DNA from: Xylographa opegraphella
Taxonomy: Eukaryota
DNA length: 64,000 nt
Direction of reading: 5' to 3'
Assembly (NCBI GenBank): GCA_022813865.1
Contig: JALDZX010000024.1
Coordinates: 186,001-250,000, forward strand
Position 1 is the first letter of the stretch, and every line of letters starts with the position of its first letter. The notes below the pieces were generated by a model that saw only the letters and a program-made list of their open reading frames with translations, ran no database searches and was not told where the DNA came from. Positions 1 through 13,389 of this stretch are shown here, in pieces. A program made the translations under genes and the position numbers.

Positions 1-2111
1 CAGACAGGCGGACGTGCCAGAGAGACTACCAAGAAAGTGAAGACTGAGTCCCGAAAGAAAGTCCGTCCTATCACACCACCCTCAGACTTAGAGGCTCAGA
101 CAGATTCGGATCCTATTGTCGAATCGGACACAACGGAGCATAGCGGAGATGACGATGGAGTGAGCTGGCCTTCGGATGATGAGGAGACTGTTATTCCTGT
201 GATCAAAACCGGCATAAAAAATGTTGACGATGGCACAAAAACATCAAATCACTCAAAAGGTATAGAAAAGGTTGCAGGACCGGGAGGTAGGTCCAATGGC
301 CCCCACAACCGTGAGTTGATCCTGCTTAGTTGATCCCGCTGTTGCTAATATCCTTCGAAGCTACTGCGTCTAAAGAAGCACACGCAAAACAAAAGGCGCT
401 CGCTCAGGAACGCAAGGCCGCCAAGCCAAACGCGGATTCAATAGCTCGCGCCAAACAGTTATGGGAAAAGCTACGGATTCAATCCAAGGTTCCTTTGGAA
501 GAGCGAAAGCAATTGATTGCTGAGTTATTTGACATAATAACGGGACGGGTGAAAGACTTTGTGCTGAAACATGACTCTGGGAGAGTTATACAGACTGCAT
601 TGAAGTATGGCAATCTCGACCAGAGAAAGATGATAGCAAAAGAGCTCAAAGGTGAATATCGTGGTCTCGCAGAAAGCCGGTATGCCAAGTTCATGATTGG
701 CAAGCTCTTGGTACATGGGGACGACGAGATCAGAGACCTAGTGATTCCAGAATTCTATGGTCACGTTCGGCGGATGATCAAACATCCTGAAGCGGCTTGG
801 ATCCTAGACGACGTGTATCGAGGGGCCGCAACGCCAAAGCAGAAAGCTATACTGCTGCGAGAGTGGTATGGAGCAGAATTTGCCATTTTCCGGTCGGAAA
901 AGGACTACAAACCTCAAAGTGATCTTAAACTTCTTCTCACGGAGAATCCTGAGAAGAGAGCACCAATATTGCGCTCCTTGTTCGAGCTTATCAACCAGCT
1001 TGTACAAAAGAAAACCATTGCTTTTAGCATGTTGCACGATGCCATGTTGCAGTATTACCTGAATGTGGTGCCCGGAAGCGAAGAAGCAACGGAATTCGTC
1101 GAGTTACTGAAAGGCGACGAAGAAGGGGATCTGTTGAAGAACCTCGCTTTCACTAAGTCAGGCTCTCGCCTCGTTTCTTTGGCTCTAGCATATAGCAGCG
1201 CCAAAGACCGGAAGCTATTATTGAAGACCTACAAGAATACGATCGAGACGTTAGCATTTGATGCACACGGGCACCAGGTTCTCCTAGCCGCCTACGATGT
1301 CATTGATGATACCGTCCTCACTGCCAAGTCTATCTTCAGCGAATTCCCTACGAAAGAATCGAAACAAAGTGAAAGCGAGCAGCACGCAGATCTGTTTACT
1401 TATGTCACAAGTCTCAATGCACGAATACCTATCCTTTATCTTTTCGTCAGTAAGCCAAGTTCAATACTGCCAGCAGACGACATCAGTCTTTTGAAGGAGA
1501 TCCATGGTATACGATCCACAACCTCGAAAAAAGATCCGGACATAAGACGTAAGGAACTTGTGAAAGCCCTCTCGCCAAGTTTATTGTCTTACATTGCCAA
1601 AAACGCCGAAGCACTTCTGCAGAACAGCTTCGGATGTCAGTTCGTCAGCGAAGTCCTGCTTAACGCTGAAGGCGACAAAAGCGAAGCCTTGGGCGCCATT
1701 ACGAGTCTCACTGAAAGCAATGGAGAGACTCCAGACTATTTGCAATCTCCTGCAGCAAGTAGAATGCTCAAATCTCTGGCCTTAGGTGGCCGTTTCAACC
1801 CGAAGACCAAGGCTATCGACCTCGCAGATCCGCCTCTGAAGTTTAACGACATGCTGTACAATAAGCTGGGATCTTACATTGTAGCATGGATGAGGGGGCC
1901 AAATGCATTCGTCATCGTTGGACTGCTGGAGTCTGTAGATTTTAGCCATAAGGACGAGCTCAAAGCGCTGATCAAAAAACACCGCAACGAATTGCAAAAC
2001 GCTGTAGAGGAGACCGAGGGATTAGTCAAGGATGTCAAAGACAAGGAAGGGAAAATGATGGAGGCGGGGAAGAAGGGAACCCGGCTTCTGCTTAAGATGA
2101 TCGAAGCTTAG
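1..2111 (+). CDS. PUF6: Pumilio-homology nucleolar RNA-binding protein Puf6/PUM3 (5' end lies outside the window)
   Basis: Frame is open from base 1 through an acidic N-terminal region. A phase-1 intron (donor 287 or 311, acceptor ...GAAG 360) joins it to ORF 330-2111, which contains KEAHAKQKALAQERK, FVLKHDSGRVIQTALKYG and SKKDPDIRRKEL, typical of Puf6. Confidence 0.9.
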
Positions 2112-2388
2112 GGACGATGTCTACTTCCACTAGAGCCACGTAAATCTAGTTTTGCCAGCTCTACTTGAAGTTCCGATAGGAGACACCGTGACTAGGTGAC
2201 TCGGTGCATTCATAATATAAAATCATGTGCCACTTGCTCGACAGAAACGGATATGACTATCATGATCTAAATTAATGAATGACCGAGTGGAGATTAGAAC
2301 AGTCAGCTTTTTAGGTAGTCTATCATATATCATTAGCACAGCCTCACGCCCCAGTCTCTCCGTTCAGTCGAACATACCACAAAACTCC

Positions 2389-3860
2389 TCAAACCTTCAC
2401 CACTCCTTTCGGCTTCCTCAGCAACGAAACAGTCGTCTCCATATCCCCCAATTTTCCTCCATACTTCCCCAAATCGACCGTTACACCTCCGACCTGCTCC
2501 CACCCTAGCTTCCGATACAGACCCAGTCCCGCCGGACTCGCATCGATCCAGCTCTCCCACCCTTTCTCGTCGATCAGATCCAAATAGCTTTGTAACAGCT
2601 TGCGTCCCACGCCCCTGCGATGCCACTCCGGCACTGTCACTAGGATCAGCACGTACCCGTACTGCTTGCCGGCCATCTTTTCATCTCGCAGCGCTTTTAG
2701 GGTCCCGAAGCTCGCCTCCATTAGGGGAATGTTTGCCCCGGGCGGCAATGCCTTTGGGTATGGGATGTGCTCCCGTTCGAGATCGTCGAAGAGATGGTAT
2801 TTCACCCACGCCACGATCTCGCCCGTTGCGACGGAGGTGGCTTTGAGGTAGACGTTGGTAGGGTCCTCTTGCTGCGACTTGCGGTGCGCCTCTGCGCGGG
2901 TGGCCTGGGTGTTACCTTCGTGGTTTGGGGGGAAGAGTAGTGGGACGATTGGGTCGGCCGCGAAGGCGAGGTCCTCGACTTCGGCAAGGCGGTCGAAGTC
3001 TGCGGGGTCGGTCACGGGTGCGACGACGACGTCGTACTTGGTGTCGGGCACAGCGACGGGAAGTTGTGGAGCAGCGGGAACGGGAGCTGCGGCGTCGATG
3101 GGCATATCTTCGTCAGGCTTGAGGATCGGGATGGGTTTGGGAGGCTGAGAGGGATAGGGTTCACGGAGAAGCATGACGATGGTGTCGCGCGTTTCGGTGG
3201 TGACTGAGCTGAGATCGAGGCGAAAGCGATCAATTGCTGTAAACCCGAAATTTTCGTATAGTCGACGGCCCTGTGGGGAGGAAGTGAGGAAAATCGGCAA
3301 ATTGAGCTCACGGGATTGCTCGATACCCCATTCCACCATGAGAGCGCCGGCGCCGCGGCGCTGGTGCGCTGGAAACGTGATGCAGTTGGAGAGGACTGCG
3401 CGGAGTGGTCAGTGATGCTGAACCGTGAGACTGGGCTGGTGTATTCGATGATATGTAAGAGATGGAGAGCATTACGTATGAAAGGCTTAGGTCCCATGAT
3501 TTCGTTTCTCTTTTCATTATGGACCTTGATCAACTGATTGCATCCTTCCTTGTTGTACCCTTCCGGCCAATCCACGTCCGGGATGTTCTTCCAGTCGTCT
3601 CCTTCTCGTTGAGGATAGAAGAACCATTGAGATGAGGCAATCAGATTCCCAGTCTCTGTGTCTCGAACGCCAATACGTCTCTCCCCTGGACCTTGGCCCC
3701 AGCCCTTCTCTGTCGTCTGGGTCGTCCACGCTTTCATTGCTGGGGTTACATTGTTGTTATACATCAAGTGACTGACAATATCGTCTTTGTACGCCGCGTA
3801 GCCCATTTCGGCCAATACCGCAGCGTCGGACTTGCGAATGGGACATAATTCGATAGGCAT
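2389..3860 (-). CDS. Tandem double GNAT-family N-acetyltransferase
   Basis: ATG at 3860 (MPIELCPIRK). Intron 3475-3396 restores PFILLSNCITFPAHQRRGAGALMVEW. Two acetyl-CoA-binding motif sets: QRRGAG...GRRLYENFGF and HRRGVG...GLGLYRKLGW. Confidence 0.85.
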
Positions 3861-4752
3861 TGTGAAGAGACAGGGGTACGAAGAAGAAAAGTAATTTGCG
3901 AGAACTTTTTTGAACACGAATGATCACAATGCTACACTTGCGAAACGACTCGGAAAGCAATAGATTTGTATAGATTTGTAGGTAAGAAAATGGTGCTATC
4001 GACGCATCCATCAGGCCGACAGGCAACCATCTACACGCAAGCGGTGAACGCTCTGGCTGAGTCACACCTTCTGAAGGTGGGTTGTGAGTTGTTAGTCACA
4101 GGTGCGACGACGACGACCCCGAAGAGGCAGCTTATTAACGTCGATCATCATGATGTACGTGGTCTCAAGAACGAGGCGCGTTGAGGTTCTCCTGAGCTTG
4201 GTTACTCGGTATATCGAGATGCCTCAGGAGTGAAAGTTCCTCGTACAGCTGGCACAGGCTCAATTGAGGCGTGGAGGGGCTCTGCAGGCACGGATCCTTA
4301 GGATGCCAGTCTCTACGTGCCGCATCCCTGCGGAGATCATCCCGATAAGAGCACCGATTCGGAATGATCCTTGATTTACTCTATTGAATCAGCTCGGCTA
4401 AAATCCCAACTTAAGTAAATTGCGATCGGATTTTCCTTGGTCTCGCGATGGTCTGGGCTGCTATTCCGTAAGACGGGTTGGATGAGACGTGCAACGTCTT
4501 CTTGTCCCACCTCAACTTCTTTTTGAACTGTCTGGCTTCTTGTCCCCGGTGGTTCTCGTCACTTGGACATGCCATTGGCTGCTGACATGCACCTCTGCGC
4601 TGTCGTCTCTATATCTCTCTGGATGCCTAGTCGCACTGCCCTCGTTCTCTAGATATGAGCCAAAAAACTCGGCGAATTTGAATGCGTCGCACCCGTTACA
4701 CAGGACTGTTAGTACAAGCAGATATCCGTTGATCGCCAAGTAAGTGAGCGCA

Positions 4753-7089
4753 ATGGAGGTCCAACACCACAGAATGCATGCACCACTAGCAATGCCGCCG
4801 TCCCCATCACTCACCAATCCCGATATGATTCTGCCATATCTTCCTCGTTCTAGGAGCTCCACACCTACTGGGCGAAGACCACTGAGTCCTCCTGATTCGC
4901 AAAAGCTATCGTCCAAACCATTCGCCGAGCTGTTTGACGGTTTTGATGGAGATAATACCATAGATCGGTCGCCGCTAGGAAGTGCGCCTCTGGGGAGTAA
5001 TGGAGAGAGGTTGCAAGCCTCCTCTAGGCCAAGCTTGCCCGGGGCCTGGCAAACAGAGGAAGATCTGCATGAAGCACGAGACAAGTCATTACCTCATGAA
5101 ACAATCGTCCACGAACCATCTGGACAGGCATTACCAGCTCAACAAGTCAAGGTAGCTCCCATAGCCGATTACGATCTCTCCAGTCAAGCGCAACGACAGA
5201 AAACAAGCCTGTCGCCGTCGAATACACCCGCCCAGTTCGAGACATCTCCATCTCTCGAGCCCGTTCTTACAGACAAGAAGCACCTCGTGCTCAAACTGGC
5301 TAGGCGTCAACAAAGCCACGATCATCTTGAGTCCGGCCTGGAAGGTGAGGAGACAGATCCGTATCTACATGCCGCTGAAATTTTAGCGAATGCAAAGATG
5401 AAGCTTTCCGTAAGATTGAAGTCCTGATTGCAGTTCGTCAAAGGTCACAGCTCTAATACAAAATAGGCTATGGGAGGTAATCTCAACCGTGCTCGTTCAC
5501 TTAGCTCGTCAAGCTCGAGGCCTCCTTTCGGCAGCCGAGCTGTAAGCACCTCGCAGCAAATCAATGGAAATTTCAACACTCACACAAGGATGTCCAGCGA
5601 ATCAACGAACGTTCCTACGCGCAGTATCAGCTTGGGTGGGCGTTTCCATGGCTTCTTGGAGTCTCTTCAAGAGGACGATGGCGGCACTAGCTTTCGTGGC
5701 AGTTCGATAGAAGAAGGACTGCCTTATTCATACGTTGAAACGTCGTTGAATGACCGCCCAGAGTCGCCCAAGAAGATATCAAGGGCACGGTCAAGAATTG
5801 AGCTACAGGATCTACAAGAACGCATGCAAGAGCTGCGAGGGATAGTGATCCCGTTGAAGAAGCGGATGGAGCAAGATAAGATGCACAGGCGAAGTTTGCA
5901 GAACCTGAAGACGCCGAGTCCTTTCACTGTTTCCAGAGGCTGGCCCAGTACAGAATCGACCTTTATGGGATCGCCATCAAGCCAACAGGATCGTATCGAG
6001 AGTAACAGTCGGCAGCTCGTGAGGCCGACAAACAGAGGCTTTTCGGGGATTTCGGACCCTACCACGTTTGACGAAGATGATGAATTGGAAGATGAGTTTG
6101 GAGTTTGCGGTAGTCGTCAAGTTTCTGCAGATTCTAACGATCTATTTAATCCTTTCCCGACAGCCTTTCTTGAGCCTAGCGATCACGTGATTGCGCAGGA
6201 GTCACCTCTGGAGCCTCAGGAGCGTCGTTCGAGTGGATCAAGTCCGGGTTTAGATGAGGATGGTATGGCCACAGCTGAAGATAACGATATATATGAACCC
6301 GCAATATCAGTCGTGGAGAAACACGAAGATCGACCCGATGCTTTCAATTACGAAAGCGCATTCTTGTATAGTGGAATGGGAACGTTCAGTCGTCCAAATC
6401 ATCAATCCTTGAAAACAATCAGTCCGCTCACCTTCACCAGCTTCAGCCCTCCGTTCAAAAGACGCCTCAGTCAGAGCTCTACTGGCTCTGCAGAAACCAC
6501 CAAGCCAGCGAGCCCTGAAGTCCAGACCGTTCCTGTTGCGTCATCCGCGTCGCAGGAACCCCTTGCTGTTCCAGAGCGGAACATTCCGACCCAGAAGTGG
6601 ACAGGGCATTCACGGCAGAACAGCAAGGACTCGATCTCGACAGTGAATACCTTTGCGACTGCCATCGAGTCCAATGGTGGAGGAGATGATGGTCATTCCA
6701 ACTTCGACCTCACGCTTCCTCCACCGACAAATTCACGGCCAAAGGTGATCGACAACCTGACTCCTCGTGGCGTAAGCCCCAAAGCACGAGAGACGGAGAT
6801 GCGAGACAGCTCCACTTCGACCGTACCTGGCCGGCCGCAACCAAGGAGCACGACCAAATCTTCGATGGGAGCGGCACAACGATCTGATATGATGGGGAAG
6901 CTGTTGGAGTCAGCAGGGGTCTCTCAGCTTGGCGCAGAAGACACGGTGGTGGTGGAGGACATTATGACATTTCTGCAATCTGCATGTCGAGGCTTACGCC
7001 GCGATGGTCCGGGCACCGACGGTGAAGTGACTGAAAAAGACTGGAGGCAACGGCTGTACGAAGCACACCAGGCTCTAGCGAAAGACTAG
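4753..7089 (+). CDS. Fungal hypothetical protein, Ser/Pro-rich with a short coiled coil
   Basis: ORFs 4744-5427 and 5470-7089 join through a phase-0 intron 5410-5466 (GTAAGA...CTAAT...TAG). Conserved-looking blocks AEILANAKMKL|AMGGNLNRAR and HEDRPDAFNYESAFLYSGMG. Confidence 0.75.
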
Positions 7090-8531
7090 AGGTAGAATCC
7101 CTGACATGCTGTTACGCATGATTTGCTTTTCCGCGACATATACCCCGGCGGAGGAGGATTTGGATGCAAAATCAGGGCAGCTATTTGTACAATACACGGT
7201 GTCCACGGAGTGCTACGTTTCAGCGTCTGTTCTTTGCTGCTCGGGTTTATCACGGTTTATGTACAAGAAATCCGGCCACTTTGGCTTCAATGTTAATGAG
7301 CAGGGTGTCCGACGACAGGCCGTTTGATATATTCGGGTAGAAAACTTCAATAATCATAAGGTACCCCGAAGCTTTTGATGATCACTTTCGCATTCTGAAC
7401 GTGATATCCATACTCGTAGCTTACGGAGGTACATCTCCTGGCATTATCGGGTCGGTTAGACACACCGTATAGGTTAGCGGAACGCTTTCGCATCGTATGA
7501 TCGTTGTAGCGAGTTCTGCACAGTAGCTCCCACCGCTAACGACCACGAAGTCGTATGACACCTGACCCCCATGCCCTACTTAGCCGAAGTCGTCGCACAA
7601 CTCCCCTCACCGCCAGATACTCGTAACTTCCATCTATTGCTGGGCGAGTACGCTGTGCGAGAAAGACGCGAACCTGGTCCGATTCTGGTGGGATGTCGCT
7701 GCCATCTACAGCGGGGGGGCCATTGTCTTGAACCGCGTCATCCCTACCCAACGACGTAATGGCCAATCTGCACAATCTGGCAGGGAGGAGCCCCTGAGTC
7801 GATCCGATGCCCATGTGGTGGACCGTAATCTCGGCCTTTTGCACCCACCACTTCTCGACGACGGCTGTGGCCAATCATGGTGATGGCTTTTACCAACTGC
7901 CGGCATCAAAAGCTTCAGATCCAGCACCGCTACCCAAGGTAGCCAAGTTCACACCACCTCCGCTGATGGGATCCAATCGTCGAGAGCCTTTTTGTGCGAC
8001 TTTGCGATCCGTCCGCCGCCGGCGTCGTGTACCTTATGCTATGGACAACAGGCACATGGCAGCGGGCTGCGGCTGTCATTTATCCCTTCCGCTAGTCTAA
8101 AGCAAAATCTTGTCATGCCACCGAAAGGCGCACGACTTGACTGGCTTCCTCCTCCACCCAAAGCAGCACCAACCCAATCCGAACCATGCCCCTGGTCTGG
8201 GACAGGTGGCACGATCCAGTCTTTCCGCATCTCCCATCAGGCATCCCCTGTCTAGTCTCGTCGAGACTGTGCAGTATCCCTACCACTATTGAGATGGATT
8301 CCTTTCTGTGCCTGCGTGAGCAGGCGGCCCATGAAAACGGCCGTGCTCTCCTTCACTGGGCAACCGTAAAGGAATATCCTACCAGTATCTATCTCACCGC
8401 TAGAGAATATGTTCAGGCCAGCACGAACGGATCCAGCGGTGCTCTAGCATTCACGCGCCTCCCTGGACAACGGCCGAGATACTCACTACTCTCCGAGCTA
8501 TATTGCTTTTCGCCCTCTTGGCGGAATCAGC

Positions 8532-11221
8532 ATGTCAGTCTCTCGGAAGCTCGATGCACAACGCTTGAGGAATGCCCTTAGTGGGAAGCCAATGGAGCAC
8601 CAAATCGGCGACACTTCCCATCACATAATACCCACGTTAAGCATATCTACTGCTGAAGCTGGCCTGCCGAGCAACACAGCGGATATGCCAACGATGAAAC
8701 TCTCCAAGAAGGAAAGCGCTCCAGACATGAGGAAGCTCAACAGTCGGAGGGGTCAGATCCCAGATTTCACTGGTGTGCCCTCCTCAGATGGTCCATTGCA
8801 AAGTCCTTTGTCTCAACATCTAGTCTCAAAGCCCTATGGGAACAGCTCTGCCAATGGGTCTCGTCCCTACAGTCCACATGAGTTTCCACAGAGCTTTGAT
8901 CTGGCCCCACCTCCCCCCAATCGACATCTCACCACCATAGATACCTTATGCGGACGTCTCTTCAGTGAAGACCACCTTTACCTCATCTTGAGTGATCCTA
9001 CACATTTCGTTCGGTTCGCAAACTTCATCAACAAGCACAGGCCGCAGACGGCACTCCTCCTGACGCGCTACCTGGAGACGCAGAAAGCCATCAAAGCTAT
9101 AGAGTATGCCAACGCAATAGCAAACACAATTCAACCACTCCCACAAGATCATTCGACATTTCAGCCATGTGCGGCGGCTTTACTGGACGTGAGGTTCGAG
9201 GCAAGAAGCAAGAGGGCATTCGAAAGCTTGGTAAACGAAGGTTTGACTTCATATGTGACCCGAGTCCTGGTTGATGCCGTGACGGATACACTGATCAAGG
9301 AGATCACGGGTAACACAATGCCGATAATGAGGGATTTGGTAGGAGGCCTCGCGGAAGTGTTCTGCCTGACGGACCCAAGCTTGAAGGATGATCCCATTGT
9401 CTATGCTAGTGAAGGTATGATCTCCAAAGCCCGTGGGAAATTGGTATCAAGAAGTCCACAGAGGATGCTGATAATTTACTTGGATTGGCACAGAGTTTTA
9501 CCGCACCACCCAATATGGTCGTGACTATGTTATTGGCCGCAACTGTCGCTTTCTACAAGGACCGAAAACAGATATGGCCACAGTCGGCAGAATTAGTGCC
9601 GCTTGCAAAGCCGGACAGGAAGTCTGTGAGACAGTTCTCAACTAGTATGTCTTCCTCTGTTATAATATATGCGAGTGTTTTGGATATCCGATTGGAAATA
9701 GACTAATACGAGAACAGCCGGCGCGACGGTAGCCCATTCCTCAACCTCCTCATGATTGCGCCTCTTTATGACAACCGTGGGCAAGTTCGTTATTTCATTG
9801 GTGCTCAGGTGGATGTGACGGGCCTTGTCGAAGATGGCAAGGGAATCGATTCGTTCGAGCGCCTACTTGCTGAGGATCGGGCGAAAAAGGAAGCAGAAGC
9901 GGAACTCGATGGCAAAAGTAATTGTTCCGACGAGCCAAAGAAACCGATTGAGGCTCTCGGAGAGCTAGGTGAACTGCTCAGCTGGGAAGAAACAATGGAG
10001 ATACAAGCACGAAGTCGGAGCGCTAGTGTAAGAGACAGTTCCAGTTTCACGTCGTCGTCCGCGAACCTGATGAGGGAAGGCGTCAATATACGAAACGGGA
10101 CACGAAGAGTGCTGGGCAACGAGAATGATCCGGAAGCCGTCGAAAAAGCTGCCTGGGGCCTCTCGGGCAGCGGGCTGAGCGGCAAACTACCCGGTGTCTA
10201 TCAGAATTATCTCCTGGTCCGCCCCTATCCGTCATTACGCATCATCTTTGTTTCTCCCTCCCTACGCATCCCTGGCCTTCTCCAGTCGCACTTTCTATCA
10301 CGCATTGGCGGACCAAATTCCATTCGCGATGGCATCGAGGACGCGTTCGCCCAAGGCATTCCTGTTACCGCAAAGGTTGCCTGGCTGCCTCTGGGGAAAT
10401 CTGCTACAGACGAGGACGACGACCCGCTTTTCAGCGATGACCACGATCCCGCCCACAGCCACTTCAACCGGAACCACATTGTGGGTCGCGGTCCGACCAA
10501 CCATTCCAACACCAACTGCCATCTGCCCAGCGAAGGCGCGCAGCCCCAGCAGCCTCGTACCCGCTGGCTCAGCTGCACGCCCCTCCTTGGCAGCGACGAC
10601 CGGCCGGGCGTCTGGATGGTCGTCATGGTGGAAGATACGAACCCGACCCGCGTCGTCGGCGTCCGCGCGGCGGGCATCGCCTCCCACAGCAGCCACAACT
10701 CCAATGCCATGGAGCGCATCGACTCCGGCCGCACTTCCGGCATCGCCTCCCCGCCGCACCTCGCCATACGGCCCCCCGACCGCGACGTCCCGCGCTCGAA
10801 ATACATGGAGTCTGTCCGAGCGACCGAGACCCTCCGCGCGGGCGACAGCCCCCGCCCCTCCACCGACCTCCAGGCTCTCCCTGCACCCGACACCGCCCGC
10901 CCCGGAGGCCTCACCCACACCCCCGCCCGCCCCGCCACCGGCGCCGCCCCTGCGCCGGCCCGTTCCCCTACACTCAGCGCCGAGGCAGTGGAGTCGTGGA
11001 TCCCGACGCCCAGCACCGGGGGCGACCCCGCGGGCGCATCAGCTGGGTTGCTAAGCCCGGCCTCGCACACACAGCGGGCGTTCGCCGAGTTCACGGCCAA
11101 GATGGCGGCGCCACGCGGGGCGGTGCTGACGGTGAGCGACCGCGGGGTAGATCTGCGGAACGGTCGGGTGGTGGACCAGGGGGAGAGGGGCGTGGGCGTG
11201 GGCGTGGGCGTGGCGGCTTGA
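8532..11221 (+). CDS. RGS-like/LOV(PAS)/C-terminal-domain protein, putative flavin-binding blue-light sensor
   Basis: Introns 9415-9493 and 9645-9717 give FCLTDPSLKDDPIVYASEEFYRTTQYGRDYVIGRNCRFLQGPKT...VLNYRRDGSPFLNLLMIAPL...YFIGAQVDV, a canonical LOV domain with the GRNCRFLQ Cys. A helical RGS-like segment lies upstream. The start codon is uncertain. Confidence 0.88.
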
Positions 11222-11837
11222 TTTTATTGTCGGCGGGGAGGGTGCTGTTTGGGGTTTGTGGGCGAGGGTGGAGACGAGTGGAGAGGTGTGGTCGATGTGA
11301 AGACTTGGGTTGTAAAGTGTGATATTACCCCCCCTTTTTGTTGTGGATACGCTATGCTTGGCTTGTGGCTTGTGATGCTTGTCTATCGGATAGAGGACGG
11401 GAGGAGGGGAGAGTGGGCAGAGTGGGCAGAGTGGGGGACCCGAGGAAGTGGTTTTTTTGCGAAGCGGGTGTGGGATCGGGGGGTTTGAATGGGAGCTATA
11501 TAGACCTGGGGTGATATGGGAATGGGATGGGGTGGACGGGAGAACCTTCGCCATATGATTCGCCGCGGACGCTTGGGCCGTTACTCGGACCACGCACCGA
11601 TCAGGCTGCGTGGTCGTTGCCTTTGTGGGTTCCACACCAGCGGCACGATAAGACCTCACATAGTAATCTATATGCTGATGATATAAGACCGTCGTCGGTT
11701 CGATGCGCGGTATACATCTACTCATTCCCACTCCACTCCACTCGTACCCTGCTTGACCGGTCTCCCCCACGTCGAAACTCCTCACTCAGGCATATCTTCC
11801 CAACTGTCCTCCCATCCCCAGACCACAACCCACATGT

Positions 11838-13389
11838 CTAGCCCGCAGCGCCCGTGATCTGCTGCGGCTGCGACTGCGCCTGCTGGTGCGCGGCGGCGGC
11901 GATCTCGGGCGTCTGGCGGTAGAGGACGATTTCCGACTGCTTGAAGTAGCGGCGCTGGTCTGTGCGCCAGGGAGCGTTAGCGGTTGGGGAGGGGGGGAGG
12001 GGGGGGTTGGTGTTGTGGGGGGAGCTTTGAGGGGGGAGGGGGGGAGGAAGGTGGGAGAAGGGAAGGTGGGAGAAGGGAAGGAGGGAAGGGTGGGAGGTGT
12101 TGGGGAGGTGATTGGGTTGATGCTTATTATGCTTAAGCTTATGCTTAATGTGGAAGTATGCTTAAGCTTATGCTTAATGCGGAAGTGTTGGATCGTGGTG
12201 CAGGAGTGATCTGTTTCATGGAGATGGGGTCTCGGTGGTCTGCATGAAGGTTTTTTCGGTGTGAAGGAATGATCCAGGGGTTGTGGGAAGGGTAAGAGAG
12301 TCTGCCTTGGAGAACATTTGGAGATGGGAGACATTACCTTCGTCGATGAGCACGAGGCTGAGGTAGTAGCGCGTGGAGTATTTCTTGTTGACCTCGCGGA
12401 AGGTGGGGGTGAGGTCGAAGCCGCCGAGGAAGAGGCGGATCGGGATCGTTTCTCCTGCGGTGGTGGTGAGTGGGAGGGATTTCATCAAGCGTGCAAGCGG
12501 CGTTGCGGTCCGGGTCGGGGATTGGGTGATGCGCGGGAATCGGTGTACTGCGGAGTGGGCAACATACCTCGGGATGGAGACCCATCCATGATCTTTGCGA
12601 GCGATCGTTAGTATGCTGCGTGGCAGTATGGCATGAGGCTTCATACCTCGAACCGCACAAGCGTTTCGCTCTCGTTATATTGGTTCGGCGCCGCTCCCGT
12701 CGTCTCCCTGCGTATGATAGACAGCTCCATGTGCTTTATCTTCAACCGCACGAGGAGAAAGTATATCCGCCCCACGATCACGTCCTTCAGGTGGTACTTG
12801 GACTTGGAGTACTCGAACTCGATGTGCAGACAGTCCTCAATGCCGACGTCCATCTTGATCGAGCTGTTCGTCTCCGGCGGTATCCGGTACGAGTACACCC
12901 AGATGTCCTTTTCACGGATGACGTCCGCCATGCGCCGGGACACGGTGACGCGGACGAAGTAGCGTAGCTTCACATTGATCCCGTTGTACGACTCGTACTG
13001 CTTCTCCACGTTCTTGAAGTTGAAGTCGAAGGTCTGCGGATGTTGGAGGTCGCCGGGGGCGGCTAGCTCCTGGCCGAGGGATAGGAATTCGTAGTGATTG
13101 CCTCTGTCGAAGAACATTTCTGCATGGCGCACGTGAGCGCTGGGATAGTACGGCTGGCATGACTTGACCGACCGATGGTGCCAATGAATTGGACCTTGAT
13201 GCCCGTATGTTCCAACCGCTTGCCATCCTTCGGTCGGATGGTGACGGCGCCCTTGATGGATTCACCGTCGGCGTACAACGGCGCTTTTTCTCTTCGGTTC
13301 TTGTCCAGTTTCATGTCGACGGTGGGCCGGTCATCGGTATCCTCGAGGACGATGTCGATATCGACCGGTGTAGAAAAGAAGTACGACAT
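11838..13389 (-). CDS. VPS26: Retromer subunit Vps26
   Basis: Exons 13389-13173, 13119-12647, 12592-12568, 12454-12338 and 11959-11838. Motifs KRLEHTGIKVQFIG, IKMDVGIEDCLHIEFEY, IMDGSPSRGETIPIRLFL and RRYFKQSEIVLYR. Confidence 0.96.
12128..12186. repeat. 29-bp tandem duplication inside the last VPS26 intron
   Basis: TATGCTTAAGCTTATGCTTAATG(T/C)GGAAG occurs twice in succession. Confidence 0.85.

Noticed and set aside
7829..7841. TCTCGGCCTTTTG resembling the U2 snRNA 5' end
   Set aside because: The match stops after 13 nt, with no GCTAAGATCA or GTGTAGTA branch-pairing region.
10194..11100. Long overlapping and antisense ORFs (286, 291 and 206 aa) over the LOV gene tail, and similar ORFs at 18.5, 37-38 and 44 kb
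   Set aside because: These are shadow frames of GC-rich coding sequence with low-complexity products.
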